From Eledone cirrhosa (Eukaryota), in the NCBI GenBank assembly GCA_964016885.1, contig OZ024743.1:64852001-64916000 (forward strand): a stretch of DNA of 64,000 nt. Direction: 5' to 3'. Below, in pieces: positions 27,960 through 42,320 of this stretch. Position numbers and translations under genes: made by a program. The stretch's first letter is position 1. Each line of letters starts with the position of its first letter. The notes beneath the pieces are model-generated. The model searched no databases, was not told the DNA's origin, and worked only from the letters and a program-made list of their open reading frames with translations.

Positions 27960-30900
27960 CATGAATATGCATGTCTCTATATATATTGATGTTGTTGTCT
28001 GCTGTTGTTATCTCTGCCAGTGTATATTTTAAGAGAAATGGAAATCCTTAAATCCAATAATATTTCCTCTCCAGAAATGTTAGCTGTTGATATATCAATA
28101 TCTGTTGCAGTCTACTGCAGTCAGCACTTGCTTAGCTTCTCTACTACCTAAAACCTTAGTGTATCTATGTAGGTGTGTGAATGTATCTATGTAGGTGTGT
28201 GAATGTATGTATGTAGGTGTCTATGTATGTAGGTGTGTGTATGTACGTATGTATGTGCATGTGTACGCATGTATGTATGTGTGTATGTGCGTGCGTGTGT
28301 CTGTATGTAATGTTTGTATGCATGTGCGTGGATGTATGTAATGTATGTATTGATTGCATGTATGCATAGTTTGCAGGTTTGTCCGTGTGTGTGTGTAAGT
28401 GAATGGGTATGTGTGTACAGGTATGTATGTATGTGTGTGTGTGTGTATGGGTATTTATGTACATGTATGTATGTATAGTCTGCAGGTATTTATGTGTGTT
28501 TTCATGCATGTGTGCTTGTGTCTATGTATGGCTGTATGTGTGTGTGTATGTGTGCATGTATCTATCGATGCATGCATGGATGTATGTGTGTGCTATATTA
28601 ATGATGTGTGAAGGTGTCTGTGCATATAAAGTATAAATACATTAGTCAATATTTGTGGGTATATATCGATGTAGGTTTATGTATGTATGTATATATATAT
28701 ATATAGATATATATATATGGAATATAGAGAAGTGACACACGAGTTGATATATATTAAAAAAATAGTAAAAAAGAAAAAAACAGTAGAAAATGCTGAAGGG
28801 ATTTTCTCTCAGAATAACATTAAAACATTTATTTACAAAATAGGAATTTCTGCATTAATTGTACCGGTTTCAGCTTATACGCTTTTTCAACCACGGAAGT
28901 GTATAATGTAGTTAAATTGCATATTAATAAGAATAATAAGAATATGGGGGAAAAAATTTGTTTTTACATACATATTTAGGGAGAAAAGTTCACATTTTTG
29001 TCTGTAGTTTTCTTTCTTTCTCTCTTAGTGTTGACCTTAGCCTTACCAACAGCGGTGGTAGCAGTTTAAACTGCTACCACCATGCTAGCATGGGTTAGAC
29101 GAGTTGTCCCATTATGAGACAGGTCAGATCAGGTGATCATGTCTTGCTCATACAGAACTGTTTCTGGCTTAGTTTGTACGGCTGAATGCCCTTCCTAATA
29201 CTAATCACATTTACAATGTGTACTGGATGCTTTTTTTACTATATTTCTAATAAAAGACACTGCCTATGGTTTTCAAATAATTTTGGTGGCATTTAATTAT
29301 TAACTTTCTCATTATTTATCTAGTGTTTGGAGCATAACTCAACAAAGTTTTTTGTATGGAATTCTGATGGAATATTTGTTGTGAGGTGGTAATGCTGGTG
29401 CCATGACAAAAATCCACTCCACTCTGTAAGGCAGTAGAACTGATACTATGATAAAATGCACTATTCTCTAAGGTGATAGTGCTGGTGTCATGACAAAAAG
29501 TACCTAGTCCACCTTGTAAAGTAGTAGTGCAGGTGGAATAACTAAAAGGACCCAGTCCACTCTGTAAGGTGGCAGTACCAGTACCATGACAAAAATCACC
29601 TTGTCCACCCTGTAAGGTGGTAGTGTGAGTGGTATGAAAAAAAAATCACCAGTACACTCTGTAAGGTGGTAGTGACAAAAAGCACCCACTTTATCCTGCA
29701 AGGAAGTTGGCATTAGAAAGGGCATCCAGCTGTAGCAACCAAGCTAAAAATGGTGTATCGATAATTTCTTTAGGTTGTCTTTGATTTAAAAAAAAAAACA
29801 GAATTAGTAATTTTGTTTACATATTGAGACCCCCAACCCATCCTATATATTTTATAACATATGGGATTTCTAATAATGTACTTTTTTTTCTTGTATAATG
29901 TTTTTTCAATGTCTAAAGAAAATTAATTATCACAGTAATGCCACCACTTAAAATAGAATTTCACTGGAGATAGATTAGCAAAATTTAATAATGGGAGTTG
30001 GAAAAGAGTAGAGGGTTTGAAAACCGCTGAAAAAAAGAATAAGCGAAGACCTAAGAATAGGTGAGATGGGTTCCAGTTCGTCTGAGAGATCAACTGCTCC
30101 AATTAAGTACCAACTTCATCTGTGATGACCCATCAAACCCTTGCTAGCAGGAAAAACATGTTAAAAGATGTTGATGATGATGATTTTGATTTGAGAGAGA
30201 TTTGTTGATATTTTTGTAGAAGGTTAAATAACCATAAAGAGGCTCTTGCATTGGTTTGAAACTGCTGTTTGGAGTGGCTGTTCTATTTGGTGCAAACTAT
30301 CATCATCATCGTTTTATGTCCGTCTTCCTCGCTAGCATGGGTTAGACGGGTTGTCCTATTGTGGGCAGTGTCCGGTCGGCTGACCTTGTCTTGCTCATAT
30401 GGGAACTGATTCAGACTTGATTTCTACAGCTGGATGCCTTCCTAACACCAACCTCATTTACAGTGAGTGCTGGGTGCTTTTTTTTTTCATGGTGCCTACA
30501 CGTCCACTTTACAGTGTGGGCTGGATGCTTTTTTGCCGTGGCACCTCCACGACCTCTTTGCAGTGGAATGATAGGGACCCCAGTCCTATCATCTCATTTC
30601 TAGAGCTGAGTAAATTGGAGCAATGTGAAATAAAGTGTCTTGCTCAAGGAAACAACACATCACCCGGTCCGAGAATTGAACTCATAACCTTTCGATTGCA
30701 AGCCCAATGCTCTAACCACTAAGCCATGTGCCTTCATATTAAAATAAAGCCAAAGAAATAATGAAGTCAATCCCAAGAGAAACACCAATGGTGTATCTGA
30801 AAACCATTATTCTGTCCGGTGTTTCACTAACACATATCTAGAATCAACACTAGATGCATTTATTCATCCATGCATACACACACATATGTACACATACACA

Positions 30901-31077
30901 ACCCCAAACACACACGTATACATGCACACACATACACACCCACACACACATAAGTACATATACACAACCCCAAACACACACACATTATGTGTGTGTGTAC
31001 ATATGTATGTGTGTGGATATGTGTACGTGAGTATATATATACATATGTGTAAATGTGTGTGAATATATATATATATA

Positions 31078-31157
31078 TACAAAGGGTGTCCTAAAAATGT
31101 ATACACACTGATTAGAATGCTGTTGAAGTGTGTATACATTTTTTAAGACACCCTGTG
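31078..31157. mobile_element. ~80-bp Tc1/mariner-type palindromic MITE; second copy at 42764-42850
   Basis: AGGGTGTC...GACACCCTG termini and shared spacer TTAGAATGCTGTT, within TA/TG tracts. Confidence 0.7.
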
Positions 31158-31223
31158 TGTATGTGTGTGAATAAGTGTACGTGTGTGTGCATATATATGT
31201 GGTTATATAATATATGTATGTGG

Positions 31224-31270
<47 letters not shown>

Positions 31271-31705
31271 AATACATACAGCCATACTTTTTATAGCCAC
31301 ACATACTAGCATAATGTCCATGTAAAAGTCTAGAAATATAAAAATCATGGTGGGATGTGTTCTGTAAGAGAAGAGCAGCTTAGACAAGTCTGTATTGTGA
31401 ATAATTCAATAATTATCAGTGATAATAATATATTGATGAGATAGGAAAAGAAACATCATTACAGGGAGGATGGGATGTAATGAAATAGTTGAAAGACGGG
31501 GGGGGGGGGGGGATAGACATAGTAAGAAAGAATGAAGTAGAGAAGTAAAGAAGTAAAGAAAGAAAGAAAGAGAGAAAGAAAGAAGGTGATTAGAAGTAGA
31601 AGAGAATCAGTGAAATGGTTGGAGTGATTCCAGTTGTCCAACACTTAGAGCAAGAGAGGATTAACTATATGTTTTCAGTGGGTGTATATATATATATATA
31701 TATAT

Positions 31706-32512
31706 AAAATGAAAGGCAGGTTGTACAATGCCTGCATACGAACAGCAATGTTGCATGGCAGTGAGACCTGGGCATTGTGTGCAGAGGATATACGCAGACT
31801 AGAGAGGAACGAAGCTTGCATGCTCCGCTGGATGTGTAACAGTAATATACGTGAACGGCAAAGCATAAACGAACTAAGGAAAAAATTAGAGATAAGAGGG
31901 ATCAGATGTTGTTTACTCGAGAGAAGGTTACGTTGGTATGGACACGTGATGCACATGAAAGTCGATAGCTGTATAACAAAGTGCAGGGCAATAAAGATAG
32001 ACGGTAGCCACGGAATAGGCAGACCTAGAAAAACCTGGGACGAGCTGATAAACTCCGACCTCACACACTTACACCTCTCCAAGACAATGTCACTGGACCG
32101 AGACCTTTGGCGGTACTCAGTAACAGAGAAGACCCGCCTTGCCAGTAGGCATCTCTAACAAAATACACCCCGTCCCGCCACCACCCCCACCCATCCACAC
32201 CACCCCGTCCTATGTAAAGTTATGTTGGTGCCGCGCCATCCAGGCCGAAACAAATGAGATCGTGTAGGTGTCACGACAAAAAAACACACAGTCCACGCTG
32301 TAATGTGGCCGTGTAGGCAACACGGTAAAAACCTCCCAGACCCACACTGTAAATGTGGTTGGTGTTAGGAAGGGCATCCAACTGTAGAAAACCTGCCAGA
32401 CAGTCCTATGCGAGCAAGACAATCACTCTTGCCTCAAGTGGGACTACCCCCGTCCAAACCCATGCAAGCGTGGAACACGGACGTTAAACGTTGATGATGA
32501 TGATGATGATGA
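31706..32512 (+). mobile_element. RTE LINE 3' fragment
   Basis: KGRLYNACIRTAMLHGSETW...RLRWYGHV...GRPRKTW; (GAT)n tail. Confidence 0.88.
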
Positions 32513-33149
32513 TATATATATATATATATATATATCATCATCACCATGTTACGTCCATCTTCCACGCTAGCATGGGTTAGACGGGTTGTCCTGTTGTGGG
32601 CTGTGTCCAGTCGGCTGACCTTGTCTTGCTCATATGGGAACTGATTCAGGCTTGATTTCTACAGCTGGATGCCCTTCCTAACAGCAACCTCATTTACAGT
32701 GTGGGCTGGGTGCTTTTTTTTTCATGACACCCCCACGACCACTTTGCAGTGGAATGATAGGGACCCCAGTCCTATCATCTCAGTTCTACAGCTGAGTAAA
32801 CTGGAGCAATGTGAAATAAAGTGTCTTGCTCAAGGAAACAACACATCACCCAGTCCGAGAATTGAACTCACAACCTTTCGATTGCAAGCCCAATGTTCTC
32901 ACCACTAAGCCATGTGTATGTCTGTATATATATTTGTGTGTGTGTGTATATATATGTTTGTATGTATATGTGTATATGTGTGTGTCTATATGTGTGTGTA
33001 TGTGTGTATGTGTGATGTCCAAACAACAAGTATCCCCAACTAACTTCCCCCACCCCTCCATCACACCACCTCTTATTTAGTTGGAACAGCAACAAATAAA
33101 CCAACTTGTCAGATTTAGTAGTGTTACAGACTGAGATGGAGGATAGTGG

Positions 33150-34400
33150 AGAAGGGTGTGGGGTGGAGTGGTGGCTGTGGTAGGAGGGTGGGAGCTGTGG
33201 TAGGAGGGTGTAGTGGCTGTGGTAGGAGGGTGGGAGCTGTGGTAGGAGGGTGGTGGTTGGGGTAGGAGGGAAGGGGATGTGGTAGGAGGGAGGGGGATAT
33301 GGTAGGAGGGTTGTGTGTCTGTGGTAGGAGGGTGGAGTGGTTGTGGGATGAGGGTGGAGTGGTTGTGGGATGAGGGTGGAGTGGTTGTGGTAGGAGGGTT
33401 GTGTGTCTGTGGTAGGAAGGTGGAGTGTGTGTTAGGAGGGTGTAGTGGTTGTGTTAGGAGGGTGGAGTGTCTGTGGTAGGGGGTGATGTGTCTGTGGTAG
33501 GAGGGTGGAGTGGCTGTGGTAGGAGGGTAGAGTGTCTGTGGTAGGAGGGTGGTGTGTCTGTGGTAGACGAGTGGAGTGTCTGTGGTAGTGGAGTGGAGTG
33601 TCTGTGGTAGAAGGGTGGTGTGGCTGTGGTAGGAGAGTGGTGTGGCTGTGGTAGGCGAGTGGAGTGGAGTGCCTGTGGTAGTGGAGTGGAGTGTCTGTGG
33701 TAGAAGGGTGGTGTGGCTGTGGTAGGAGAGTGGTGTGGCTGTGGTATGAGGGTGGGGTGTCTGTGGTATGAGGGTGGAGTGTCTGTGGTAGGAGGGTGGG
33801 GTGTATGTGTAGGAGGGTGGAGTGTCTGTGGTAGGAGGGTGGAGTGGAGTGTTTGTGGTAGGAGGGTGGTGTGTCTGTTGTAGGAGGGTGGAATGGAGTG
33901 TCTGTGGTTGGAGGGTGGTGTGTCTGTGGTAGGAGGGTGGAGTTGCTGTGGTAGGAGGGTGGAGTGGTTGTGGTAGGAGGGTGGAGTGTCTGTGGTAAGA
34001 GGGAGGGAGCTGTGGTATGAGGGTGGAGTGTCTGTGGTAGGAGGGTGGAGTGGCTGTGGTAGGAGGGTGGAGTGGTTGTGGTAGGAGGGTGGAGTGTCTG
34101 TGGTAGGAGGGTGGAGTGTCTGTGGTAGGGGGTAGGGGTGTGTGTGTTAGGAGAGTGGAATGTCTGTGGTTGGAGGGTGGTGTGTCTGTGGTAGGAGGAG
34201 GAGTGTCTGTGGTAGGAGGGTGGAGTGTCTGTGGTAGGAGGGTGGAGTGTCTGTGGTAGGAGAGTGGAGTGTCTGTGGTAGGAGTGTGGGGTGGCTGTGG
34301 TGTGAGGGTGGGGTGGTGGTAGGAGAGCGGTGTGTCTGTGGTAGGAGGATGGTGTATATGTGGTAGGGGGTGGGGTGGTGTTAGGAGGGGTGGGCTTGTG
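33150..34400 (+). repeat. G-rich ~22-bp minisatellite
   Basis: GTGTCTGTGGTAGGAGGGTGGA-like units over ~1.25 kb. Confidence 0.93.
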
Positions 34401-34461
34401 TTAAGAAAGGAATCCAGCTATAGAAACCATGCTCTCAGTACACACTTGGTTCAATTCCCTA

Positions 34462-34804
34462 TACTCTTGGGTCCCAAATAATAGAGGGAACAGTTGGAAT
34501 AAGCAGGTGTGGTTCTAGAAAATCAGTACTTTTTCTAGGTCGTCACCCTTGATTTGTTTTTTTTAAACCAGACTTAGTCATTTAATTTACATATTGAAAC
34601 CCCAACCCATCCTATTTATTTTATAACATATGGGATTTCTAATAAATGTACTTTTTTGTCATGTATAATGATTTTTAATGCCTGAAGAAAATTTCACTGG
34701 AAATAGATTAACAAAATTTAATAAGTGAAGGGGTTGGAACAAGAGCAGGGTGGCGTCTGAAAAATTAATAAGCGGGCAGGACGATTATTTGAGACTTGAG
34801 AGTA
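34462..34804. mobile_element. TA-flanked MITE; inverted sister copy at 36288-36632, partial at 29750-30050
   Basis: Imperfect TIRs TACTCTTGGGTCCCAAATAAT / ATTATTTTGAGACTTGAGAGTA; shared body CCCCAACCCATCCTAT...GGGATTTCTAATAA. Confidence 0.7.
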
Positions 34805-35365
34805 TGTGTCTGCTATTTAGGTTATTTTATCAACCCCATTGAAAAACTAACTTAAAAGGGACTTGATATCATAACTACCAGACATCAAACTGAATAGATA
34901 TAATAAAGTATTGGTCACATAGTTATAGCTCCCTCTTCCCATCAACAACAAACAGTATTGAAAAATTGGGGCAACAGAATATCACATGGAAACTTTGCCA
35001 GATATTGATTGACTGTTGCCATAATTCTAAGAAGAATGGTTAGGAGAACAACTTGGAGCACATCATCATCATCACTTATATGTCCACTCTTCCATGCTAG
35101 CATGAGAAGGATGGGATGTAATGAGACTATGTTTACAGCTAGATGCCCTTCTTGATGCTAACCCTTTTAGTCACCCCTTATGACATGGAGTACCTACTTT
35201 AAAAACTGAGATATACACGGCATAATAATAATTTCTAATTTAGGCACAAAGCCAGTGATCTAGATGGAAGGGAGAGTTGATTACATCAACCATGATTAGT
35301 ACTTTGTTTTATCAACCTCAAAAAAATGGAAAGAAAGTTGACCATGGCGGATTTCAACTCAGAAC

Positions 35366-35680
35366 ATGGAAAGTCTTCTCTTCTTCTTCACCCACTTATT
35401 CCTGAGGGGGTCGTGGGGGCAAAGTCCTCAAACATTCTTTCCAGTGGGTCCTGTCAGAAGCAACTGTCTCCATCTGATCTGGCTGGATCCCCAAGCGAGA
35501 CCAGCCAAGCTCATGGATGTTATCCAACCATCTTGCTCGGAGTCTACCTCTTGGGTCTCCTGCTGGTTGGTTTTGCCCGTAAAATCTGTTCAGCAATTCT
35601 TTCCTGAGATATTCTAACCACATGTCCATAGTATTGGAGCTGTGATCTCTCAATTCTGAGAAGTAGCAGCTCTACCTTAA
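35366..35680 (-). mobile_element. Second RTE-like LINE family 3' fragment; sister copy at 43890-44360 (+)
   Basis: ...GRPRARWLDNI..LGWSRLG-like frame and (GAA)n-type tail present in both copies, in opposite orientations. Confidence 0.6.
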
Positions 35681-37211
35681 ATACCACAAAACATGCGCTA
35701 CCACCCTTTATTTACCAACCCAGCAAAAACCGGCTCTGGTTCTATGAAATAAAAGCACCCATTTTAAAGGTTTCCAATTTGTATTAAAATCTTCTAACAT
35801 AATTTTATATGAGAACCTTACATTAAGTTACTATCTTAGTAATGAAATAATTAATAATTTTAGTAAATCCCTCAAATATTTTCATTAATTAATTAAAATA
35901 GAGTGTATTTCATGAGAAGCATGGTCATGAAACGGTCAAAATAATGATTTCTCATTAAGACAGATGGGCTGCAATATGGTGATGAAAGTTGATATTAAAC
36001 TCAGTACTTGACCTGTACTTTATTTTATCCTTGGAAGGATGATATCAGCAAGATGGGTATATCCATTACTAATAATTTCTTAGATGGCTCAGTGCCATAC
36101 AAGGGAGAAATATATATTATTGATTTCACTGCAGCACATGATTGATACATATTTTATTTTTAATTCAGATAGATAGAAAACTAAAATCGACTTGAGCATA
36201 ATTTGAACTTGTGAAAAAAAAGAAAGAAAACTGGTCTCATTAGTCTTTCCATTGTTGATACTGAATACTCAGTCGCAACTTCGGACATACTCTCGGGTCT
36301 CGATTAATTGCCCCAAACCTACCCCCACTTATTAAATTTTACTAATCTATCTCCGACGAAGTTTTATTTTAAATGGTAGCATTCCTGCGATAATTAATTT
36401 TCTTTAGACATTAAAAAATATTATACATGACAATTATACATATTTTATAAAATAAATAGGATGGGTTGGGGTTACAATATGTAAACTTAACTAATTCTGT
36501 TCTTTTCTTTTAAATCAACCTAAAAAAATTACCGAATTTTTCACCCCCACACCCCTATTATTTAGGAATCCCCCCACACACACACACGCACACTTATTCC
36601 ACCCCCTCCCTATTATTTGGCACCCGAAAGTAAGCGTCACTGCTTTTCCAGTGACACAAAACGAGATTTGAACACAGAATGTACAGTCATTGAACAGATA
36701 CTGCAAGGATATCCCATTTAACATGTTAATATTTCTGCTAATCCACCACCACAGTGGACGTTTGGTGGAGATGGGACGCTGACAATGAAGTTCTTGTTAT
36801 TGTTAGTGGCTCATCTTACCACTGGAATAACCAAGAAGGTGTTTGGTTATTTCAGCGCCTTAACCGCATTATCACCCACATTTTGATTAAAAAATAATTA
36901 AAGGGAAACTCCAGCGCCCCTTGTTGTCGTGTGTGACTGAGTGTGTAAAATCTCCCCACGTCCCAATATTTTCTTTTTTATAATCTGCACTTTCTTTTTT
37001 CATTTTTTAATAACACACACACATACATACATTAGAAAGTGTCGGGGCATGATAGCTGAGCTCATGCCGTTTAAACAGCTAATTCTAGACTGGAACTAGC
37101 GGTTGAAACAGGAAGACCACAGCCGTCGGACCCCGACACTTCTAATATATTCTCACACTACTTTCCCAAGTGTCGAGTATTCTGTTGAATAATTGTCTAA
37201 TTAGTTTAATC

Positions 37212-37252
<41 letters not shown>

Positions 37253-37766
37253 TGTAAAGTGGTCGTACAACAAAAAAGCACCCAATACACACTATAAATG
37301 TGGTTGGCGTTAGGAGGAGCATACAGCCGTAGAAACCAATCCAGAACCGTATATGTCACGATGGCGCCTCTGCGACTCCACCAGGAGTTATGAGTCCACA
37401 CTAACACACACACACACACCTGTGAAAGACATTTGTTATCCATAAATATTCGATGTTTTATGTTTAAAAAAGCACTGACATGTATGTGGTACTTGACAGT
37501 TGCTTGTGTGCACCGCAAGGTCGAGTGAAGTTGTTATGTAAACAAATAGGTCAGGAGGAGAATAGGAAAGGCATCAATGTGTGTTGTGATTTGTTCACCT
37601 TTTACCCTTTACGTGAGTGTAGATAGGTCTGTATGTACGCCAAAGATCGATAATGCGACAATTACATCATTTGGTGTTAATGATACGGCATTTTGGGTTT
37701 CCTAATGCTAATAGTTTAATAGATATCGTATTTTGCTAATCAGTAAAATATATTTACATACACACA

Positions 37767-37804
<38 letters not shown>

Positions 37805-37999
37805 CTAACATTCTTTGCTTAAACTTTAATCTGTACTAATAATAAATATATATATGTGTGTGTGGGGGGGAGAGAGAGTGTATGTGTGTGTGAGTACGCG
37901 CATATATATGTCCCTGTATCAGTGTTTGTGCACCACAACTGAGCGATTCGACAAAAAAAAGCGATAAAGTAAGTACTGTGGATGATGCATATAATCATG

Positions 38000-38335
38000 T
38001 ATGGTCCCGTAACACCTGAAGGTGTCGTAGGAGCTTTATATTGACAGACAGCGTTTCTTGGGCATTTTAAAACCAGGCGAAGCCAATCTCCTCTCCAGGT
38101 CTGAATACAGCAGATTTCTTCCAGAGAAAGATAGAAAGTGAGAGAGGGCAAATGAGAAAGAGACATATAGGAAGAATCGACTCCAGTTCTTGGCTGGTAC
38201 TTTTTTTATCGACCGTAAATGGATGAAAGGTAAAGTTGACCTCGGCGGAATTTGAACTCAGATAGCAGAGAGCTGGAACGAATACCGCAAATTATTCGAT
38301 ACGACGTTCTAACGACTCTGCCAATTCGTCGCCAC
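38000..38335 (-). mobile_element. Nin-domain-like SINE subfamily with an alternative 3' half
   Basis: Same head and Nin block but a CT-rich spacer and a different 3' end; copies at 1610-1850, 10470-10770, 14290-14460 (-) and 38870-39110 (+). Confidence 0.65.
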
Positions 38336-40024
38336 CGTGGTCAATATGGTTAACCAAATTCTTACTAGGAAGTGCTCCAGCACGGCCGCAGTCTAATGAC
38401 AAACCAGTAACGAACTAAAATAATAATTGTTTCTACTTTTTGGCACAAGGCCAGCAATTACCCAGTATGTTACTGGTACTTTATTTTATCGACCCCGTAA
38501 GGATGAAAGGTAAAGTTAACCTCGGCGGGATTTGAACTCAGATCGTTAAGGGACGTAACTATGCTGGAAAGCATGGTGTCTGACCCTCTACCGATACTGC
38601 CAATAATAATTGTTTTTACTTTAGGCACAAGGCCAGCAATTAACCAGTGCTTTACTGGTACTTTATTTTATCGACCCCGTAAGGATGAAAGGCAAAGTCA
38701 ACCTCGGCGACTGCCAATAATAATAATAACTGGCTATAGTCAGACATCTAAAAAGAATTCTTCGCCGACAGCCAAACAAAAGGACAGGAACTCTAGTTTG
38801 ACAAAGTAAAAGTGGAACGTTAAGCTCAAAGATCACCACATCTTTTATCCTGTGTGTCTAACATAAACAGAGAATAGCATGCTTTATGGTATTCGTTCCG
38901 GGTTCTCTGCGCTCTTTCAGTTCAAATCTGGCCATGGTCAACTTCGCGTTTCATCCTACCAAAGTCGATAGAAAAACTACCAGTCTAGTACTGGGGTCGA
39001 TTTTCCCTCTATATCTTTTTCACTCTCTTTTCTTCGCTGGAAGAAATCGGGATGGGCTCCGCCGGGTTTAAAATACAAATGACGGCACCTCTACAACTCC
39101 ATCGGGGTTACAGGTACATACATACATAATATGCATATATACATAACATGCACACATACATACGTACATACATATATTCATGCATGCATGCATACATACA
39201 TACATACATAACAAGCATATGTATATGTGTGTATGTATTTGCGTACGTGCGCACACGTGTGTGTGTGCATGTGTGTGCTAAAATCGTTCCGATTTCCCTT
39301 CAATAGCTGACACTGATAATATGCAACATCAATAAAATTTACTATAATTAACGAATAAATCACGACAAACTGACAGGTGAATGGAGAAAGAAATACTGAT
39401 GTGCCTGTTGTGGTTTATGTTTAACCCTAGGTCAGTCAACATCGAGAAGACCTATGACGATCAAGCAGATGATTAAAGGATTTCCAGCAGTGAACACCCC
39501 GGCTTTTTTTACTGTGCCGTGAACTAAGAGCCCCGTTATCCAATGTGGCCTTTTTTAAAGGCAGTAGGGCGCAATTTGAAGTGAATTTGGCCACTATTTC
39601 TAGCAGGACTTGTTGCTTGCTACATAAAGGTGTGTTGTGTTTAGGAAGGAAATTATATATGCACTACATTGAATGAGGTGGAGAGATAGAGAGAGAGGAA
39701 GAGAAAGATAGATAAACCTATTGATAGAAAGAGAGAGAGAGGGGGAAGAAAGAGAGGCCGATAGATAGATAATTCGATTGGACACATAATTAGAAAGATA
39801 GATTGACAGTTAGATATAAACTGACGGATACACAGAGATAGATAATCTATCTATCTATGTATACATCTAGAGAGAAAGAGAGAGACCGATAGATAGATTG
39901 ATGAACAGGTAATTAGACAGATATAGACAGAGAGATAAACAGAGAGAGAGAGAGGGGGGGGTGAGACCGCATGTTTGTGAGGTTTCCTTTCGCTTATTAA
40001 ATACAAATAATAAATGTTTCTTAC

Positions 40025-40204
40025 CCCGCAATGAGTACGAGTAGATCGCTCAAAGTCGTATAAAAGAGACCAGGTAACAGAAAATACTATTCCAAAAACC
40101 GGTAAAAAAGCGACAACGCTGGCAATGACCGGTGCCGTCACTCTGATGTAAATTTGTGGTTCTTGTTGCCTATTGTTACGACTGAGAAGCGAAGCGTCTG
40201 CCAT
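40025..40204 (-). CDS. PGAP2: PGAP2/Frag1-family (post-GPI attachment to proteins 2) coding exon 1
   Basis: ATG in aaaATGG context; encodes MADASLLSRN...VAFLPVFGIVFSVTWSLLYDFERSTRTHCG (TM helix plus the conserved THC); ends at GGG|GTAAG donor, phase 0, 180 nt. Confidence 0.9.
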
Positions 40205-41917
40205 TTTTACAAGCACTGTTTAATAAACTTATTTTATCTGCTTTCTAACACCGGAGAATAAGAACTGTCATTGATTAATAATGTTTATCTCCCTTGGACT
40301 AGTAAACCCGTGGCGACAACAAAGACGGTAATAGCGTTGAATTTATTTTAATTTTTTGAGTTGGAAAGGAGATGGATTAGCAGAATCGATATAACAATAT
40401 TTAATCCTGTATGTTCTCCGACGCTCTACCGATACTGCCAATCCACCAATGATAATAATAATTGTTTCTACTTTTGGCACAAGGCCAGCAATTATCCCAG
40501 TGTAATACTTGTTTCTATTTTAGGCACAAGGCCAGCAATTACCCAGTGCATTACTGGTACTTTATTTTATCGACCCCGTAAGGATGAAAGGCAAAGTCAA
40601 CCTCTATCGACCCCGTAAGGATGAAAGGCAAAGTTAACCTCGGCGGGAATTGAACTCAGACCATAAAGGGCCGTAACTCTTTTCTGCAAAGCATGGCGTC
40701 CGACCCTCTACCAATACTGCCAATCCACCTCCCGAATCGATATAATGTCAGATAACATGCCATTGTGGTATTTGTACTGGCTCTTTACATTCTGAGTTCA
40801 AATCCCACCGAGGTCAATTTTGCCTTTCATCTTCCCAGAGTAGATCAAATAAAGTAGCAACTATGTACTGAGGTTGATTTTTATCAACTTTGCCCTTCCC
40901 CAAGATTTGTTGGCCAGGTGCCTAAATTAGAAATCAATTTTTGGAGTCCAGAGTTGGTACGCTATATATATATATACCAGGATTACTGGATATATGAACA
41001 ACCATACGACATGACTAATATAGGAAATGAATTATGTGTATGTATATGAATGATTGCATAAATTTTAAAGAGTTACATATATATTTGAGATGTGTGCGTA
41101 TGTGTATCATCATCATTATAATCATAATCATCATCTCTGCGATTTGAGATCAGCACTCATTACCTCCGCCCAGTTCTTCCTTGGTCTACCTCTACTGCGG
41201 CTTCTTTCCACTGGGATTTCCTGGCATTTCTTCATCCAGCGATCATCCTCCACATACAATCTTCTCTCTTCTACACCACTTCAGATTCCTCTTAAACCCA
41301 GTTTCACCTTCATTTAATCCAATCTCTGTCTCTCTCTCACACACATACATTGTACATCCAGTGAAGCATAGCTGCTTAATTTCTCTCTAGCTTATGCGTG
41401 TCTTCTGCAGTCACTGCCTGTGTTTCACTACCATGCAACATCGCACTTCACACAAGCGTCATACATTCATCCTTTTGTACATAGGGAGAAACCTTTTGTT
41501 GTCAACAGTGAAAGTAGCACTCTAAATTTGTTCCATCCTATTTTATTATAGTTATTATGCTCATGGAGCACCACCTCCACTGCTCTTTGGGTCACCTAGA
41601 TAATAGAAACTATCAACCACTTGTATATGATGGAAAAGGTTTATAACACTGATACTCTTCCCATTGATTACATCTGTCCATCTACATACAAAGTCATCCC
41701 ATCCTGTTATCCCACTACATCTTTTGTTTATTCAAGATTTAGAGGGGTTTAACCCTACAAAAGACTAGCAACCTGTCCAGGGGTAGGGAAGTCTATTACT
41801 CTCAGTTGATTCATGCCATGAAACTGGGATAAGCACTGGCCTGAGTAACTACCTGGCTTGAGACAAACTTTTGGCTTTAGACTAGACATTGTATAGAGTT
41901 CATGCCTATTCCTTTTC

Positions 41918-42320
41918 TAATTGTTAACCATCTTGCCAACAACAACCCTGAGTACCTTTTTGATTTCCATGCGTCTAACACACGTGGGCATGCCTACAAA
42001 GTCAGAAAACAGCACAGTTTCCATGACTTTCGGAAACATTTTTTCAAGCTCAGAGTTGCTGAAGCATGGAACAAACTACCTGTATTAGTTGTTAGCTGTC
42101 GAAACACTGCATCCTTTAAAACCTCCATGTTTCCTGAGATTCGCCAACACTACACCTAATATTCCCCCTCCATACACACCCACACATGTATATCATGACT
42201 CATACACTATTCACTTCCCTGACATTTTTATATTATTCTATGTACTAATCATGCACCTTTGATGAGTTGTAGTATACCTGAGCACTGTACACAATAATTT
42301 CATTATCATTATCATTATCA
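41918..42320 (+). mobile_element. CR1/L2-group LINE 3' fragment (same family as 25825-27145)
   Basis: NTRGHAYKVRKQ...RKHFFKLRVAEAWNKLP; same 3' UTR; (ATTATC)n tail. Confidence 0.85.
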
